A stretch of DNA of 64,000 bases. Source: Candidatus Methanomethylophilaceae archaeon. Its GTDB lineage: Archaea > Thermoplasmatota > Thermoplasmata > Methanomassiliicoccales > Methanomethylophilaceae. Each line of letters opens with the position of its first letter. Position 1 is the first letter of the stretch. Of this stretch, positions 21,325 to 30,593 are shown one piece after another. The DNA is taken from positions 992,001-1,056,000 of the forward strand of contig JBMNHS010000001.1 in the NCBI GenBank assembly GCA_050950505.1. The letters are read 5' to 3'. The notes beneath the pieces were generated by a model that saw only the letters and a program-made list of their open reading frames with translations, had not been told where the DNA came from and ran no database searches. The translations under genes and the position numbers were made by a program.

Positions 21325-21684
21325 CCGGACAAGAACGCCGTCAACGACTTTCAACCGAATCTCTTCGTTGTATCCCAACGTAAGACGGGAGACGTTCAGA
21401 GTATGGGATACGTATTCGCCCTTTGAATTTTTAAGAATGACTTCGTGACCTTCCGCGATCAGGCCGCAGTCCGAACCCGGGAGAACATCCCATCCCCTGA
21501 TTGTGAACTCATCCGCATCATAACCGTGCAGACTGTCCAGCATCCAGGCGATTCGGTCCGCATTTTCGCTCATCAGCACGTCTTCGTTTGAAGAATACAT
21601 TCCCGTCAGGGGAATGCCGACGGAGGCCAACAACGCTATGCCGCAGATGCAAAGCGTCACTCTGGAGTACGTGAATTCAATCAA
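21319..21684 (-). CDS. Membrane-anchored hypothetical protein, third gene of a pilin-like cluster
   Basis: TTG start overlapping the upstream TGA; N-terminal hydrophobic helix. Confidence 0.6.
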   Translation of the reverse strand: MIEFTYSRVTLCICGIALLASVGIPLTGMYSSNEDVLMSENADRIAWMLDSLHGYDADEFTIRGWDVLPGSDCGLIAEGHEVILKNSKGEYVSHTLNVSRLTLGYNEEIRLKVVDGVLVRL

Positions 21685-22112
21685 AGCACACTCACCCTGA
21701 CAGCCGCCCCTCCGTCGCAGGAAACACATTCGAATTCAAGCGTAAGAATTCCTGAAACGGAAACGGGTTCGGCGAATCGGACCGGAGGCCGTTCCATAAA
21801 GACCCTTCCCACTTCTTCGTCGGAATAAACCATCCTTATCTCATAAGCGTCGGAACCTTCCCCGCCTATATCCAATCTGCAACCGGTCCCGATGGAAACA
21901 TCGGCGGTGAAAACACCGCCGATTCCGGCGTAATATGTTTTTTTGGCAGTATCGGACACCGTTTTTGCCTGAATCAGAAGATCGGAGACTTCCGTGTCTT
22001 TGCGGAAATCCCCGATAAAACCCACCGCCACGGGAACGATGAGGGCCAATATCAGGAAAACAACGGTAAGCCGTATCGGCATTCCGATAACGCCTTTGCG
22101 GTCCCGTCTCAG
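21681..22112 (-). CDS. Type IV pilin-like protein (class III signal peptide)
   Basis: In-frame RRDRKG-VIG directly precedes the ATG at 22082, then a hydrophobic helix; probable CTG start at 22112. Confidence 0.6.
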   Translation of the reverse strand: MRRDRKGVIGMPIRLTVVFLILALIVPVAVGFIGDFRKDTEVSDLLIQAKTVSDTAKKTYYAGIGGVFTADVSIGTGCRLDIGGEGSDAYEIRMVYSDEEVGRVFMERPPVRFAEPVSVSGILTLEFECVSCDGGAAVRVSVL

Positions 22113-22579
22113 GCTATCACCGGAATCCTTGTGCTGTTGTGTTCCCCGTATTCCGGTGCGGAGACATTGACGGTAATATATCCTATGGGGCTGTGTTTCA
22201 TTATGATTCTCAACTGGGTAAACGAGACGACTCCGGCATGATTTGTGGTATCGTACGGAACGTCACCGTCGTCTGTGCGGATTCCGAGACCGGTAAGAAC
22301 GACGGAAGCGTTTTCGAGGGGATTGCCGTCCTGATCAGTGACGGTCACCGATATCATGGCATCCGTGATTATCCCGTTCTCCAATTCTATGCTCGGAGTG
22401 TGGACCTGAACCCCGCCGATGTACTTCGGACTTTCGATATTACCCATCCAACCCAGAATGATGCCGGCCCCGATGGTTGCAACCATGATGATTATTATCA
22501 GTTGCAGCGGAAGTCCCTCGATTCCGCCTCTTCTGTCTTTCGACATTCCTCCTTTCATGAGACGCTTGATTATTCTCAT
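22109..22579 (-). CDS. Type IV pilin-like protein (class III signal peptide)
   Basis: KDRRG-GIEGLPLQLIIIIMVATIGAGIILGW; Ig-like tail VTVTDQDGNPLENASV. Confidence 0.65.
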   Translation of the reverse strand: MRIIKRLMKGGMSKDRRGGIEGLPLQLIIIIMVATIGAGIILGWMGNIESPKYIGGVQVHTPSIELENGIITDAMISVTVTDQDGNPLENASVVLTGLGIRTDDGDVPYDTTNHAGVVSFTQLRIIMKHSPIGYITVNVSAPEYGEHNSTRIPVIA

Positions 22580-22645
22580 GATTCCAAGATTCGGAATGTG
22601 CCCGTATAAGAACGGATATCTACAGTTAATCTTACGGTGAAAAAG

Positions 22646-23188
22646 TCAAAGATGTTTTTCGTAAATCGCTTTGTAAACGGGTCCTTCAGGTTTAAGCACG
22701 CTGCGGTATACGGTCACTTTGTCGCATTTGAAAACAAAGAACTCCCTGTCTTTGTTTTCTTCGGAGATTTTTCCCGCCAGTTCGGAACCGTTTATGTCTC
22801 TGGATCTTCCGACGGTGATGTGCGGGACGAACTTTTTTCTGTCATGGGAAATGTTCCGTTCGGAGAGATTGTCCGAAATATCATCGGCAAGTTTTTCGAG
22901 AACGCCGTGGGAATCGGCACCGATCCACAGTACTCTGGGTCCGTTTCTTCCGGGAAAGGTCCCCATGCCTTTTACGGATACTTCGAAAGAATCCAACCCT
23001 TCGGCGGCTTTGTCGAGAGCGCAAACGATGCCCTTCAACTCTTCTTCCGTAATCTCCCCTATGAAACACAGGGTGAGATGCAGTCCGTCCGGTCCGTAAG
23101 TCTTCATCTTTTTTTCGGATTTCAGAAGTGAAATCGGTTCGGCCAAAGATCGGTTTTCGGGAATTCTTATTGCGATGAATGTTCTCAT
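22646..23188 (-). CDS. thpR: RNA 2',3'-cyclic phosphodiesterase / 2'-5' RNA ligase (2H family)
   Basis: MRTFIAI, HLTL and HITV motifs, PRVLW. Confidence 0.9.
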   Translation of the reverse strand: MRTFIAIRIPENRSLAEPISLLKSEKKMKTYGPDGLHLTLCFIGEITEEELKGIVCALDKAAEGLDSFEVSVKGMGTFPGRNGPRVLWIGADSHGVLEKLADDISDNLSERNISHDRKKFVPHITVGRSRDINGSELAGKISEENKDREFFVFKCDKVTVYRSVLKPEGPVYKAIYEKHL

Positions 23189-23192
23189 GTCT

Positions 23193-24302
23193 TCACTTTA
23201 TCTCAGTCAGTTTGTATTCGGAAGAGCCGAAACCCATCTTTTTTGCATGTTCAAAGGTGCTTTGCCATCTTGTTTCGGGATGGATGCAGGCAAACATGTC
23301 TTCGGGAACCTTGTGGCCGCATTTTTCGTACAATGCGCTGCCTATGACCGGCGGCTGCTTAAGGGCCAAATCAATGCAGGCTTTGTCCAAAGCCACGGGA
23401 TCGAAAGACGCCAGCATTCCCACGTCGGGAATCACCGGCGTGTCGTTCTCGGAATGGCAATCGCAGTATGGCGAGACATCCGTCATCACGGTGATGTGGA
23501 AATGGGGTTTGTCCTTGACGGCCGCCATGGCGTATTCAACTATCTTGGCGTTCAATATTTCGGCGTCCTCGTCGTTTTCAGCACTTATGGCGTCATAAAG
23601 ACAGGCGCCGATGCATCTTCCGCATCCGACACACTCATTATAGTCGATGACGGCTTTCTTTTCAATCAGGGTTATGGCATTCTGAGCGCAGTATTTCATA
23701 CACTTTCCGCATCCGACGCATTCTTCCGGATCCACGGAAGGTTTGCCCGCGGCATGCATTTCCATCTTTCCGCGGCGTGACGCACATCCCATGGAGATGT
23801 TCTTCAACGCACCTCCGAATCCTGTCAGTTCGTGGCATTTGAAGTGGGACAGGGTTACGAGTATGTCCGCATCATGAATCGCTCTCCCAATTTTCGCGGT
23901 TTTGACGTATTCGCCGTCAATGGGAATTTCAACTTCGTCGGTGCCTTTCAGACCGTCTCCGATGATTATCTGACAGCCCGCGGACATCCTGTTGAATCCG
24001 TTGTAATTGGCGGTGTCCAAGTGTTCCGGGGCGGTTTTTCGGTTTCCGACGTACAGTGTGTTGCAATCGGTCAGGAAAGGAATGCCTCCGTTGTTTCTGA
24101 CTTCTTCCGCTATTACCCGGGGAAATCCCGGTCTCAGATACGCAAGGTTTCCCAACTCCCCGAAATGCATTTTGATCGCAACGAACTTCTTGTCGCAATC
24201 CATGTTTCCGAATCCGGCTTTAAGCATCAGTCTGCGGAACTTATCGGGTATCGTGTCTCCGATCTCGGCTCGCATGTCGGTAAAGAAAACTTCGGATGCC
24301 AT
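23193..24302 (-). CDS. DUF362-type Fe-S protein with 2x[4Fe-4S] insert
   Basis: KMHFGE, TDCNTLY, SHFKCH..GFGGALKN, two CxxCxxCxxxC motifs, CDC, DPVALD. Confidence 0.85.
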   Translation of the reverse strand: MASEVFFTDMRAEIGDTIPDKFRRLMLKAGFGNMDCDKKFVAIKMHFGELGNLAYLRPGFPRVIAEEVRNNGGIPFLTDCNTLYVGNRKTAPEHLDTANYNGFNRMSAGCQIIIGDGLKGTDEVEIPIDGEYVKTAKIGRAIHDADILVTLSHFKCHELTGFGGALKNISMGCASRRGKMEMHAAGKPSVDPEECVGCGKCMKYCAQNAITLIEKKAVIDYNECVGCGRCIGACLYDAISAENDEDAEILNAKIVEYAMAAVKDKPHFHITVMTDVSPYCDCHSENDTPVIPDVGMLASFDPVALDKACIDLALKQPPVIGSALYEKCGHKVPEDMFACIHPETRWQSTFEHAKKMGFGSSEYKLTEIK

Positions 24303-24552
24303 GACACCGTGATTACTCTCGCGATATATATCGGATGTTTACCCGACGGAGGGAAAAATTGTCGATTCCACGGTTTGTATTCAAGGGAATACCGATGTCT
24401 CCTTTGTAATATATTTGTCTCTCCGCCGACAACTTTCGGCTTCGATTGACGGTAGTCAATCCACGCCCTTTTCGGACGGAGGCATTACTTAAAATACGGG
24501 AATAAATTAACACTGTTCTGACGGAAATTCATTTCTGTCGGAGGAATAAAAA

Positions 24553-24978
24553 ATGTACACAATGAGTCCCTATTCCGGAAAGCTTCTCGACGATAAAGAA
24601 GCCATAGAAAAATATAACGCCGAGAAGCAGTGGGGCCTTCTCGTTTCCGTCGATTTGGGCGGTTGCGACCACGATAAAATATCCAGCAAAGATCACATCA
24701 CGCAGTTTGCCGTGGATCTTGCCAAACACATCGATATGAAAAGATACGGGGAACCTCAGGTGGTCTTCTTCGGCGATGAGCCCAAAGTACAAGGGTATTC
24801 TTTGGTTCAGCTGATAGAAACCTCGATGATTTCCGGTCACTTCGCCGAAGACACCGACCGTGCATTCATCGACATATTTTCCTGCAAGGAATTCGGCCCC
24901 AAAGACGCCGCCGAATTTTCCCAAAAGTTTTTCGGTGCCGAAAAAATGGAATACTCCGTCTCTTTCAGAGACATATGA
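24553..24978 (+). CDS. speD: S-adenosylmethionine decarboxylase proenzyme (pyruvoyl type)
   Basis: GYSLVQLIET-SMISGHF self-cleavage region; IDIFSCKEF; GGAGG RBS. Confidence 0.8.
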   Translation: MYTMSPYSGKLLDDKEAIEKYNAEKQWGLLVSVDLGGCDHDKISSKDHITQFAVDLAKHIDMKRYGEPQVVFFGDEPKVQGYSLVQLIETSMISGHFAEDTDRAFIDIFSCKEFGPKDAAEFSQKFFGAEKMEYSVSFRDI

Positions 24979-24988
24979 AACTTCAATT

Positions 24989-25008
24989 CCCCTCTCCTGC
25001 GAGAGGGG
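24989..25008. terminator. Hairpin between convergent speD and the Fe-S gene
   Basis: CCCCTCTC-CTGC-GAGAGGGG, with T tracts downstream. Confidence 0.6.
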
Positions 25009-25039
25009 TATTCTTATCCCACGATTTTTTATTTTTCAA

Positions 25040-25732
25040 TCAAAGTCTGTTCAGCGGACAGGCTTTCAGGCATAATCCGCATCTCAGCCCTTCCAGAGTT
25101 TTGAACATGTAATCCCTGCATGCGAATTTTTCAATCGTTCCGTCTTCCCCTATGGCTCCGACGGGACAGACTTCCACGCATATGTTGCAATCTTTGCAGA
25201 GATCGCTGATGAATTTTGTTTCATGGGATTCGTGAGGAATTTCCAGGTCCGTGAGAATGGCGATGATTCTGACCCTGGGGCCGTATTCCGGAGTTATTAT
25301 CAGATGGTTTGTCCCATAGGAACCCATTCCGGCGCACTATACCGCCCACTTTATTGAAAGGTTGGCAAGCAATGTTTCTTTGTCGGCGTACCAATAACCG
25401 AACTCGCTTCCTTCGTTGGGAACGATACTGGCCAAGAATCCCTTTTTTTCTATCCTTCTTGCGACTTTGTACGCTGCGACTCTGAGAAATGCCGTGGCGG
25501 ACATCAGCGTGTTCGTGTATTCCGCTCTGCCGGCCGGAAGAGGTTCAACCGCACCGTTGTGTACGGCTGCGGCCAACAACACCACGGATCGGATGTTTTC
25601 AAAAAAGTCCTGAGGTTTTTTTCCTGTATATTTTTCATCAAGGAAACAATTCGCATCGACAACGCCGAACAGATCCATTCCTTCGGCTTCGGCCAACTGT
25701 TTCAATTCGTTGAACAAAGTAATATCCGCCAT
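25040..25732 (-). CDS. QueG/reductive-dehalogenase-like 2x[4Fe-4S] protein with in-frame TAG at codon 132 (probable pyrrolysine read-through), 230 aa
   Basis: ORFs 25337-25732 and 25040-25327 share a frame, joined as SIKWAV-TAG-CAGMGSYGTNHLIITPEYGPRVR; C-terminal CKDCNICVEVCP and C..CGLCLKACP. Confidence 0.8.
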
Positions 25733-26055
25733 TTTTTCACTTTCCGCGTTTATTCATAGGATTATGCACCTTTAAACCGTTTATTCACCATTTAGACCAT
25801 ATGGGCCGGTTGACACAGGGACATGGATTGTCGTTGATATTATGATATTGAAGGAAATCAAAGAATTTACAATTGGCAAACTATATCCTCATTGTATATT
25901 TTCTATATCTCTTTATCACAATGGTATTTTCAACCATCCAGCAGTTATTTTTAACATAAGGTGATTAGTAACCATATTTATCCTAATTGTATTGGATAAT
26001 CCTTATTGTGATAATTTTAGAAACCTATATATTTACCGAGGACGTCGCGTTGTAT

Positions 26056-27264
26056 ATGAAATTGAATTGGAATTTCAAAATGTGGGGAGCCGTCGGCATC
26101 GTGATGTGCCTGCTTCTCGCGTCCGGCGTTTATATGTCGGGTATTGACCGAGAATCTCAATCGGTCTCTATCGTGGCAAGGGTAAACGACGAAGGTTCGG
26201 GCATTTTCATAAAAAGTGACCGACCGGATTTGACATTGGATGATGACGAAGGTTGGGACGGTTTGACCTTCATGACCCCCGGACCGTCATCCATACAACA
26301 TATGATTCTCAATGACATAGTCACGGATTTGGGAATGAAATTTATTCAGAGAGGCACCACCGCCGAAGGCAAAGTAGTCTATTGGACCCAAGTGGCGCCC
26401 GGACAGATGACCGATTACATGTTCAGATCGGACAGAGACGTGGACGGCGGAATCGCATGGGAACCCCACTATTCTGCCGCGGTGAATTATAAAGACAATA
26501 AAAACCCCGGTGACACGTGCAAAGAGGTAATCACGACCGACGTGTACTCACCCGGGCATCCCTGTTGTGTCATAGCAGTAAACAACGGTTATCTGGAAGC
26601 CAACGAAGACACGGTCAAGAGATTCCTTGCGGCTTACGTAAAATCGGTTCAGTGGATCAACAATGCTTTGGACGATCCCGATAGCGACGAGTTCGACAGA
26701 CTCGTGGATGAAACCGTAAGGATAGGAATGCCCAGTTCCGGAGGGGAAGATCAGTCTGCGATAGATAAAAAGAAAGAAACTGTGAAAGAAGCACTGTACA
26801 ATATACGATACACTTACGAGCTCGATAACGACGAAGCGAAGCTTTCCGAGCAACTGGAGGAAATCATAGAAGTGTACAAGAAGTTGAACATCGTTCAACA
26901 GAATACTTTGACCAATGCCGGATTTGCATCATCCAAAGCTTTCACCGAGCACCTCGTTCAAGGAACTTATCTTGATGGTGTGTTTGACGGCGACGACCTA
27001 AAAACTCCCGAAGATCTGGGATACACGGGCGGAAACCTGACGACGATAAACGTTGCATATCTTGCCGCCGATATCCACCAAATGGCACTCCATATAGGGG
27101 TGTCCGAAGGATTCTTTGAGGAATACGGGATACATGTGGATCTGAAAGGACCTTATGCCGCAGGCGGAGACGTCATGAACGCCCTGCTTTCCAAACATGC
27201 AAATCTGGGATTCGTGGGATCGCCTCCGGTGGTTTCATCATCCGTCAATGCGCTGAGGAGTTGA
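26056..27264 (+). CDS. NitT/TauT (SsuA/THI5-like) ABC substrate-binding protein, circularly permuted
   Basis: N-terminal anchor; IVARVNDEGSG, GPSSIQH, DGGIAWEP, HPCCVIAV; the usually N-terminal block lies at the C terminus. Confidence 0.85.
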   Translation: MKLNWNFKMWGAVGIVMCLLLASGVYMSGIDRESQSVSIVARVNDEGSGIFIKSDRPDLTLDDDEGWDGLTFMTPGPSSIQHMILNDIVTDLGMKFIQRGTTAEGKVVYWTQVAPGQMTDYMFRSDRDVDGGIAWEPHYSAAVNYKDNKNPGDTCKEVITTDVYSPGHPCCVIAVNNGYLEANEDTVKRFLAAYVKSVQWINNALDDPDSDEFDRLVDETVRIGMPSSGGEDQSAIDKKKETVKEALYNIRYTYELDNDEAKLSEQLEEIIEVYKKLNIVQQNTLTNAGFASSKAFTEHLVQGTYLDGVFDGDDLKTPEDLGYTGGNLTTINVAYLAADIHQMALHIGVSEGFFEEYGIHVDLKGPYAAGGDVMNALLSKHANLGFVGSPPVVSSSVNALRS

Positions 27265-27268
27265 AAAT

Positions 27269-28087
27269 ATGGAATTGACTGTCGAATCATTCATGTACGA
27301 TGAAGAAAACAAAATTCACCGTTACCTGAGAGCCGCCATAATAATCGCGACGTCTCTGATAGTTTTTGTTCTGATCTGGTGGAATCTCTCACTGATATTG
27401 AACAATCCCGCGATTCCCACGCCGTCGGCGGCATGGGAAGCATTGACGTATCTGTTTGCCAACGGAGACCCCGTATCGGGCATCACCATGTGGGGACACA
27501 TGAGAATAAGTCTGCTGAGATTCTTTGCAGGATTGATATTGGCTCTGGCCGTGGCCGTGCCCTTCGGTCTGTTGCTGGGATACTCAAAGACTTTGGAACA
27601 GTTCTCGTCCCCCACGCTTGAAATTCTGAGGCCCATCGCGCCCATTGCCTGGGCCCCGATTTTCATCTTTACCGTGGGATACAGCTGGGGACCCATACTG
27701 GTGGTTTTCGTCGGCATATTTTTCCCTGTGCTTTCCAACACTATATTCGGTGTGAGGAAAATAGATCCCAATTGGTTGGACGCGTCCAAAACACTGGGTG
27801 CAACCAAACTTCAGACCTTCACGAAAGTGATGCTGCCCTCTGCCGTGCCTTATGTCATGAACGGAATGAGGGTGGGTATGGGAATCGGTTGGATGTGTAT
27901 CGTCGCCTCCGAGCTTTACGCTTCATTCGGAGGGGGTGTGGGATACTTCATAAGCATCCAGGCCCAGATGGGATACTGGCCCAACGTTTACGCAGGAATA
28001 ATCATAATCGCAATTCTGGGAATACTCACGACCAGTCTCGCCGATTATATACACAAAGTCATCACTAAAAGGATGGGGATGGAATGA
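27269..28087 (+). CDS. NitT/TauT ABC permease
   Basis: RPIAPIAWAP; LDASKTLGA (EAA-like loop); VASEL. Confidence 0.92.
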   Translation: MELTVESFMYDEENKIHRYLRAAIIIATSLIVFVLIWWNLSLILNNPAIPTPSAAWEALTYLFANGDPVSGITMWGHMRISLLRFFAGLILALAVAVPFGLLLGYSKTLEQFSSPTLEILRPIAPIAWAPIFIFTVGYSWGPILVVFVGIFFPVLSNTIFGVRKIDPNWLDASKTLGATKLQTFTKVMLPSAVPYVMNGMRVGMGIGWMCIVASELYASFGGGVGYFISIQAQMGYWPNVYAGIIIIAILGILTTSLADYIHKVITKRMGME

Positions 28088-28878
28088 GCGGCAACATCGA
28101 AATCAAGAACCTGAGAAAGGTTTTCAAAGCGGACAACAAAGAAACCGTCGCTTTGGAGGATTTTTCCCTGGACATAAAAAAGGGAGAATTGGTTTCCGTG
28201 GTCGGACCTTCCGGATGCGGAAAGACGACCATGCTCAGAGTGATCGCGGGTCTGTTGGAACCCACTTCCGGCGAAGTCATCATCGACGGCAGGAAGTGCG
28301 AAGGCCCCGGTCCCGACAGAGGCATGGTTTTCCAGGAATTCGCTCTGTTTCCCTGGCGTTCGGTGAGAAAGAACGTTGAGTTCGGTCTCGAAATCGCAGG
28401 GGTTCCCAAAGAAGAACGCAGAGAAAGGGCTTTGAGGTACATCAAAGCCGTGGGATTGGACGGTTTCGAAGACCACAGGGTTCACGAACTGTCCGGCGGT
28501 ATGAAACAGCGGGTCGCACTCGCCCGTGCGATGGTGACCAAACCCGCCGTTCTTCTGATGGACGAACCCTTCGGCGCTTTGGATGCCCAAACAAGGAACA
28601 TAATGCAGATGGAACTGCTGAGGATAGTCAAGAGAACGAGTACGACGATAGTATTCGTGACTCACTCGGTGGACGAAGCGGTGTTCCTGTCGGACAGAGT
28701 CGTGATTCTTACGAAACGTCCCGCCAAAATCAAGGAAATCGTTGATATCGATCTTCCCCGCCCGAGGGACAGAGCGTCTCCCGAATTCATCAAACTGAGA
28801 AGGCACATCCTCAAAGAACTTGAGGATGAGAATATCAAGATGAGTGTCGACGAAAGTTTCCTCAAGGATACGGATTGA
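28084..28878 (+). CDS. NitT/TauT ABC ATPase
   Basis: GPSGCGKTT, LSGGMKQR, MDEPFGALD, VTHSVDEA. Confidence 0.94.
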   Translation: MSGNIEIKNLRKVFKADNKETVALEDFSLDIKKGELVSVVGPSGCGKTTMLRVIAGLLEPTSGEVIIDGRKCEGPGPDRGMVFQEFALFPWRSVRKNVEFGLEIAGVPKEERRERALRYIKAVGLDGFEDHRVHELSGGMKQRVALARAMVTKPAVLLMDEPFGALDAQTRNIMQMELLRIVKRTSTTIVFVTHSVDEAVFLSDRVVILTKRPAKIKEIVDIDLPRPRDRASPEFIKLRRHILKELEDENIKMSVDESFLKDTD

Positions 28879-28910
28879 TTCCTGTCGGAACCGTTGAAAC
28901 ATTTTAATTG

Positions 28911-28970
28911 AAAAAAAGGGTCAGCCCCCCCCCGTAAGAGGAGGGCTGACCTCTTGAATTTGTTTTTTTG
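28911..28970. terminator. Bidirectional hairpin between the ABC operon and ramA
   Basis: GGTCAGCCC...GGGCTGACC flanked by an A7 run and a T7 run. Confidence 0.7.
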
Positions 28971-28973
28971 CTT

Positions 28974-30593
28974 TCACGCAAGTTTGAGGGTGTCGAATTT
29001 CATGACCTTTTCAGGGCAGGCGTACTGACACCTGTAGCAGGCGGTGCCGAGACAGTTCTTGGTCATCACGGTGATGGTCTTGTCTTTGGAGACGGTGAGT
29101 GCGTTCTCCGGACATTCCCTCTCGCAGGCTTTGCAGCCCGTGCAGCCGTCCATTTTGCCGACCAGATCCGTTCCGAGATCGTGCAGTATATGCAATCCTC
29201 TTTCTCCCAAATCGGCGATGTCACGTTTGGATATCCTTATGATTTTGGGCACCCCCCTCGGACGGGGTATGGTCTGTCTTCCGGTCATTTCAAGATTTTC
29301 GTTGTACGTGAACATACTCATGCCCTCTTCGCAGTGGGCGAGTTCCTGAACGTAAATGTCTTCGAAGACAGGGTCTCCGGCGAACATCACGTGGTTTGCG
29401 CGTATGTCGTTGGCGACGGACTGAAGTTCATCCAGCATTTCGGGATTCATCAACAAATCTGTGGCCAAAGCCAACGAGGTGTTTCCGTACTGATAGATGG
29501 TATTGCAGGTGGGCGGAAGCATTCCTATTTCCCTGGCTTTTATGGCATCCACATAGGTACCGGAAGCTCCGGTCATGTACATGGTTTTCAAATCATCGAA
29601 TTTGATTCCAGCATGTTCTATGAGGGTGTAGTGACCCGCCCTCATGGCACCTACGGCCTTCATTGCTTCAACAATATCTTCGGTGGTAATGTATACTCCG
29701 TCCTGCAGGTGCATTTTGCCGTCCGGAGTATGCAATTTGCTTTTTCTGAACAGTCCCGTTTGCTTGGCGACGGCAATCGCGGCTATGACTCCGGTACCCG
29801 TGATTCCTTTGGCTTTGCCGTGCATGGGTCCGTATTCATCTGCGGTTCCGAGAATGAAATCGAATTTGTCCCCGTTCTGAGGCATCAGATTTTCATCCAA
29901 AACTTTGCAAATCCATTGGAAATCATATTCAAGATCGCTTATTGCACCGGGAGCCGCCAACATTCCGTGTTTTATGGACTGACCCTCCATAGCGGGACCT
30001 GCGGCCGCAGATCCGGTATATATTTCGTCGCCGACTTTGAGAGCCATTTCCGCATTGGTTCCGTAATCGGTAACGAGGCAGGTTTCTTTCTCTTCAAGGA
30101 AACCGCTTTTGTACATCATCGCCAAAGCATCGGCACCTATTTCGTGCCGGATTGCGGGAGGCACGTAAAGTTCGGTTCCGTCGGGAACTTCGATGCCGTA
30201 TTCCACGGGATCGAAAACGCCCGCGTCACGTTTCTGTTCAACAATTCCTTTCACTCTTCTGGCGTTTTCTCCCGCAAAGGCAAGATCGTCAATAGGTATG
30301 TTTTGCGCAATCGACAATTGTATCGGATTTCCGCACAAACTCATTCTGACAACGTCCTTGAGGTCTATTCCCAAGGTTTTGATCAATTTGTTCACCGTGT
30401 CGATTGCGACACCGTGGGCCACGTCAAGTCCGACTCTTATGCTGAAGGTCAGGTGGTCCATAATGTTGGCACCCGGCAGCGGATGACATTCCGTGATGGA
30501 GGTTGAAATTATTTTTTTGTTTTTTAAATCAACTGCGTGTGCACGGAACCCGCTAGTTCCTAGGTCCAATGATATTCCGTATTCCATAGACAT
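28974..30593 (-). CDS. ramA: ATP-dependent corrinoid protein reductive activase (RamA/RamM family)
   Basis: LDLGTSGFR, HPLPGANIMDHL, IRHEIGADALAM, TDYGTNAEM, GSAAAGPA; C-terminal 2x[4Fe-4S]; divergent from mtaC. Confidence 0.9.
   Translation of the reverse strand: MSMEYGISLDLGTSGFRAHAVDLKNKKIISTSITECHPLPGANIMDHLTFSIRVGLDVAHGVAIDTVNKLIKTLGIDLKDVVRMSLCGNPIQLSIAQNIPIDDLAFAGENARRVKGIVEQKRDAGVFDPVEYGIEVPDGTELYVPPAIRHEIGADALAMMYKSGFLEEKETCLVTDYGTNAEMALKVGDEIYTGSAAAGPAMEGQSIKHGMLAAPGAISDLEYDFQWICKVLDENLMPQNGDKFDFILGTADEYGPMHGKAKGITGTGVIAAIAVAKQTGLFRKSKLHTPDGKMHLQDGVYITTEDIVEAMKAVGAMRAGHYTLIEHAGIKFDDLKTMYMTGASGTYVDAIKAREIGMLPPTCNTIYQYGNTSLALATDLLMNPEMLDELQSVANDIRANHVMFAGDPVFEDIYVQELAHCEEGMSMFTYNENLEMTGRQTIPRPRGVPKIIRISKRDIADLGERGLHILHDLGTDLVGKMDGCTGCKACERECPENALTVSKDKTITVMTKNCLGTACYRCQYACPEKVMKFDTLKLA

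Noticed and set aside
25337-25339. Selenocysteine recoding
   Set aside because: The interrupting codon is TAG, not TGA, and TGA is the main stop codon in this window.
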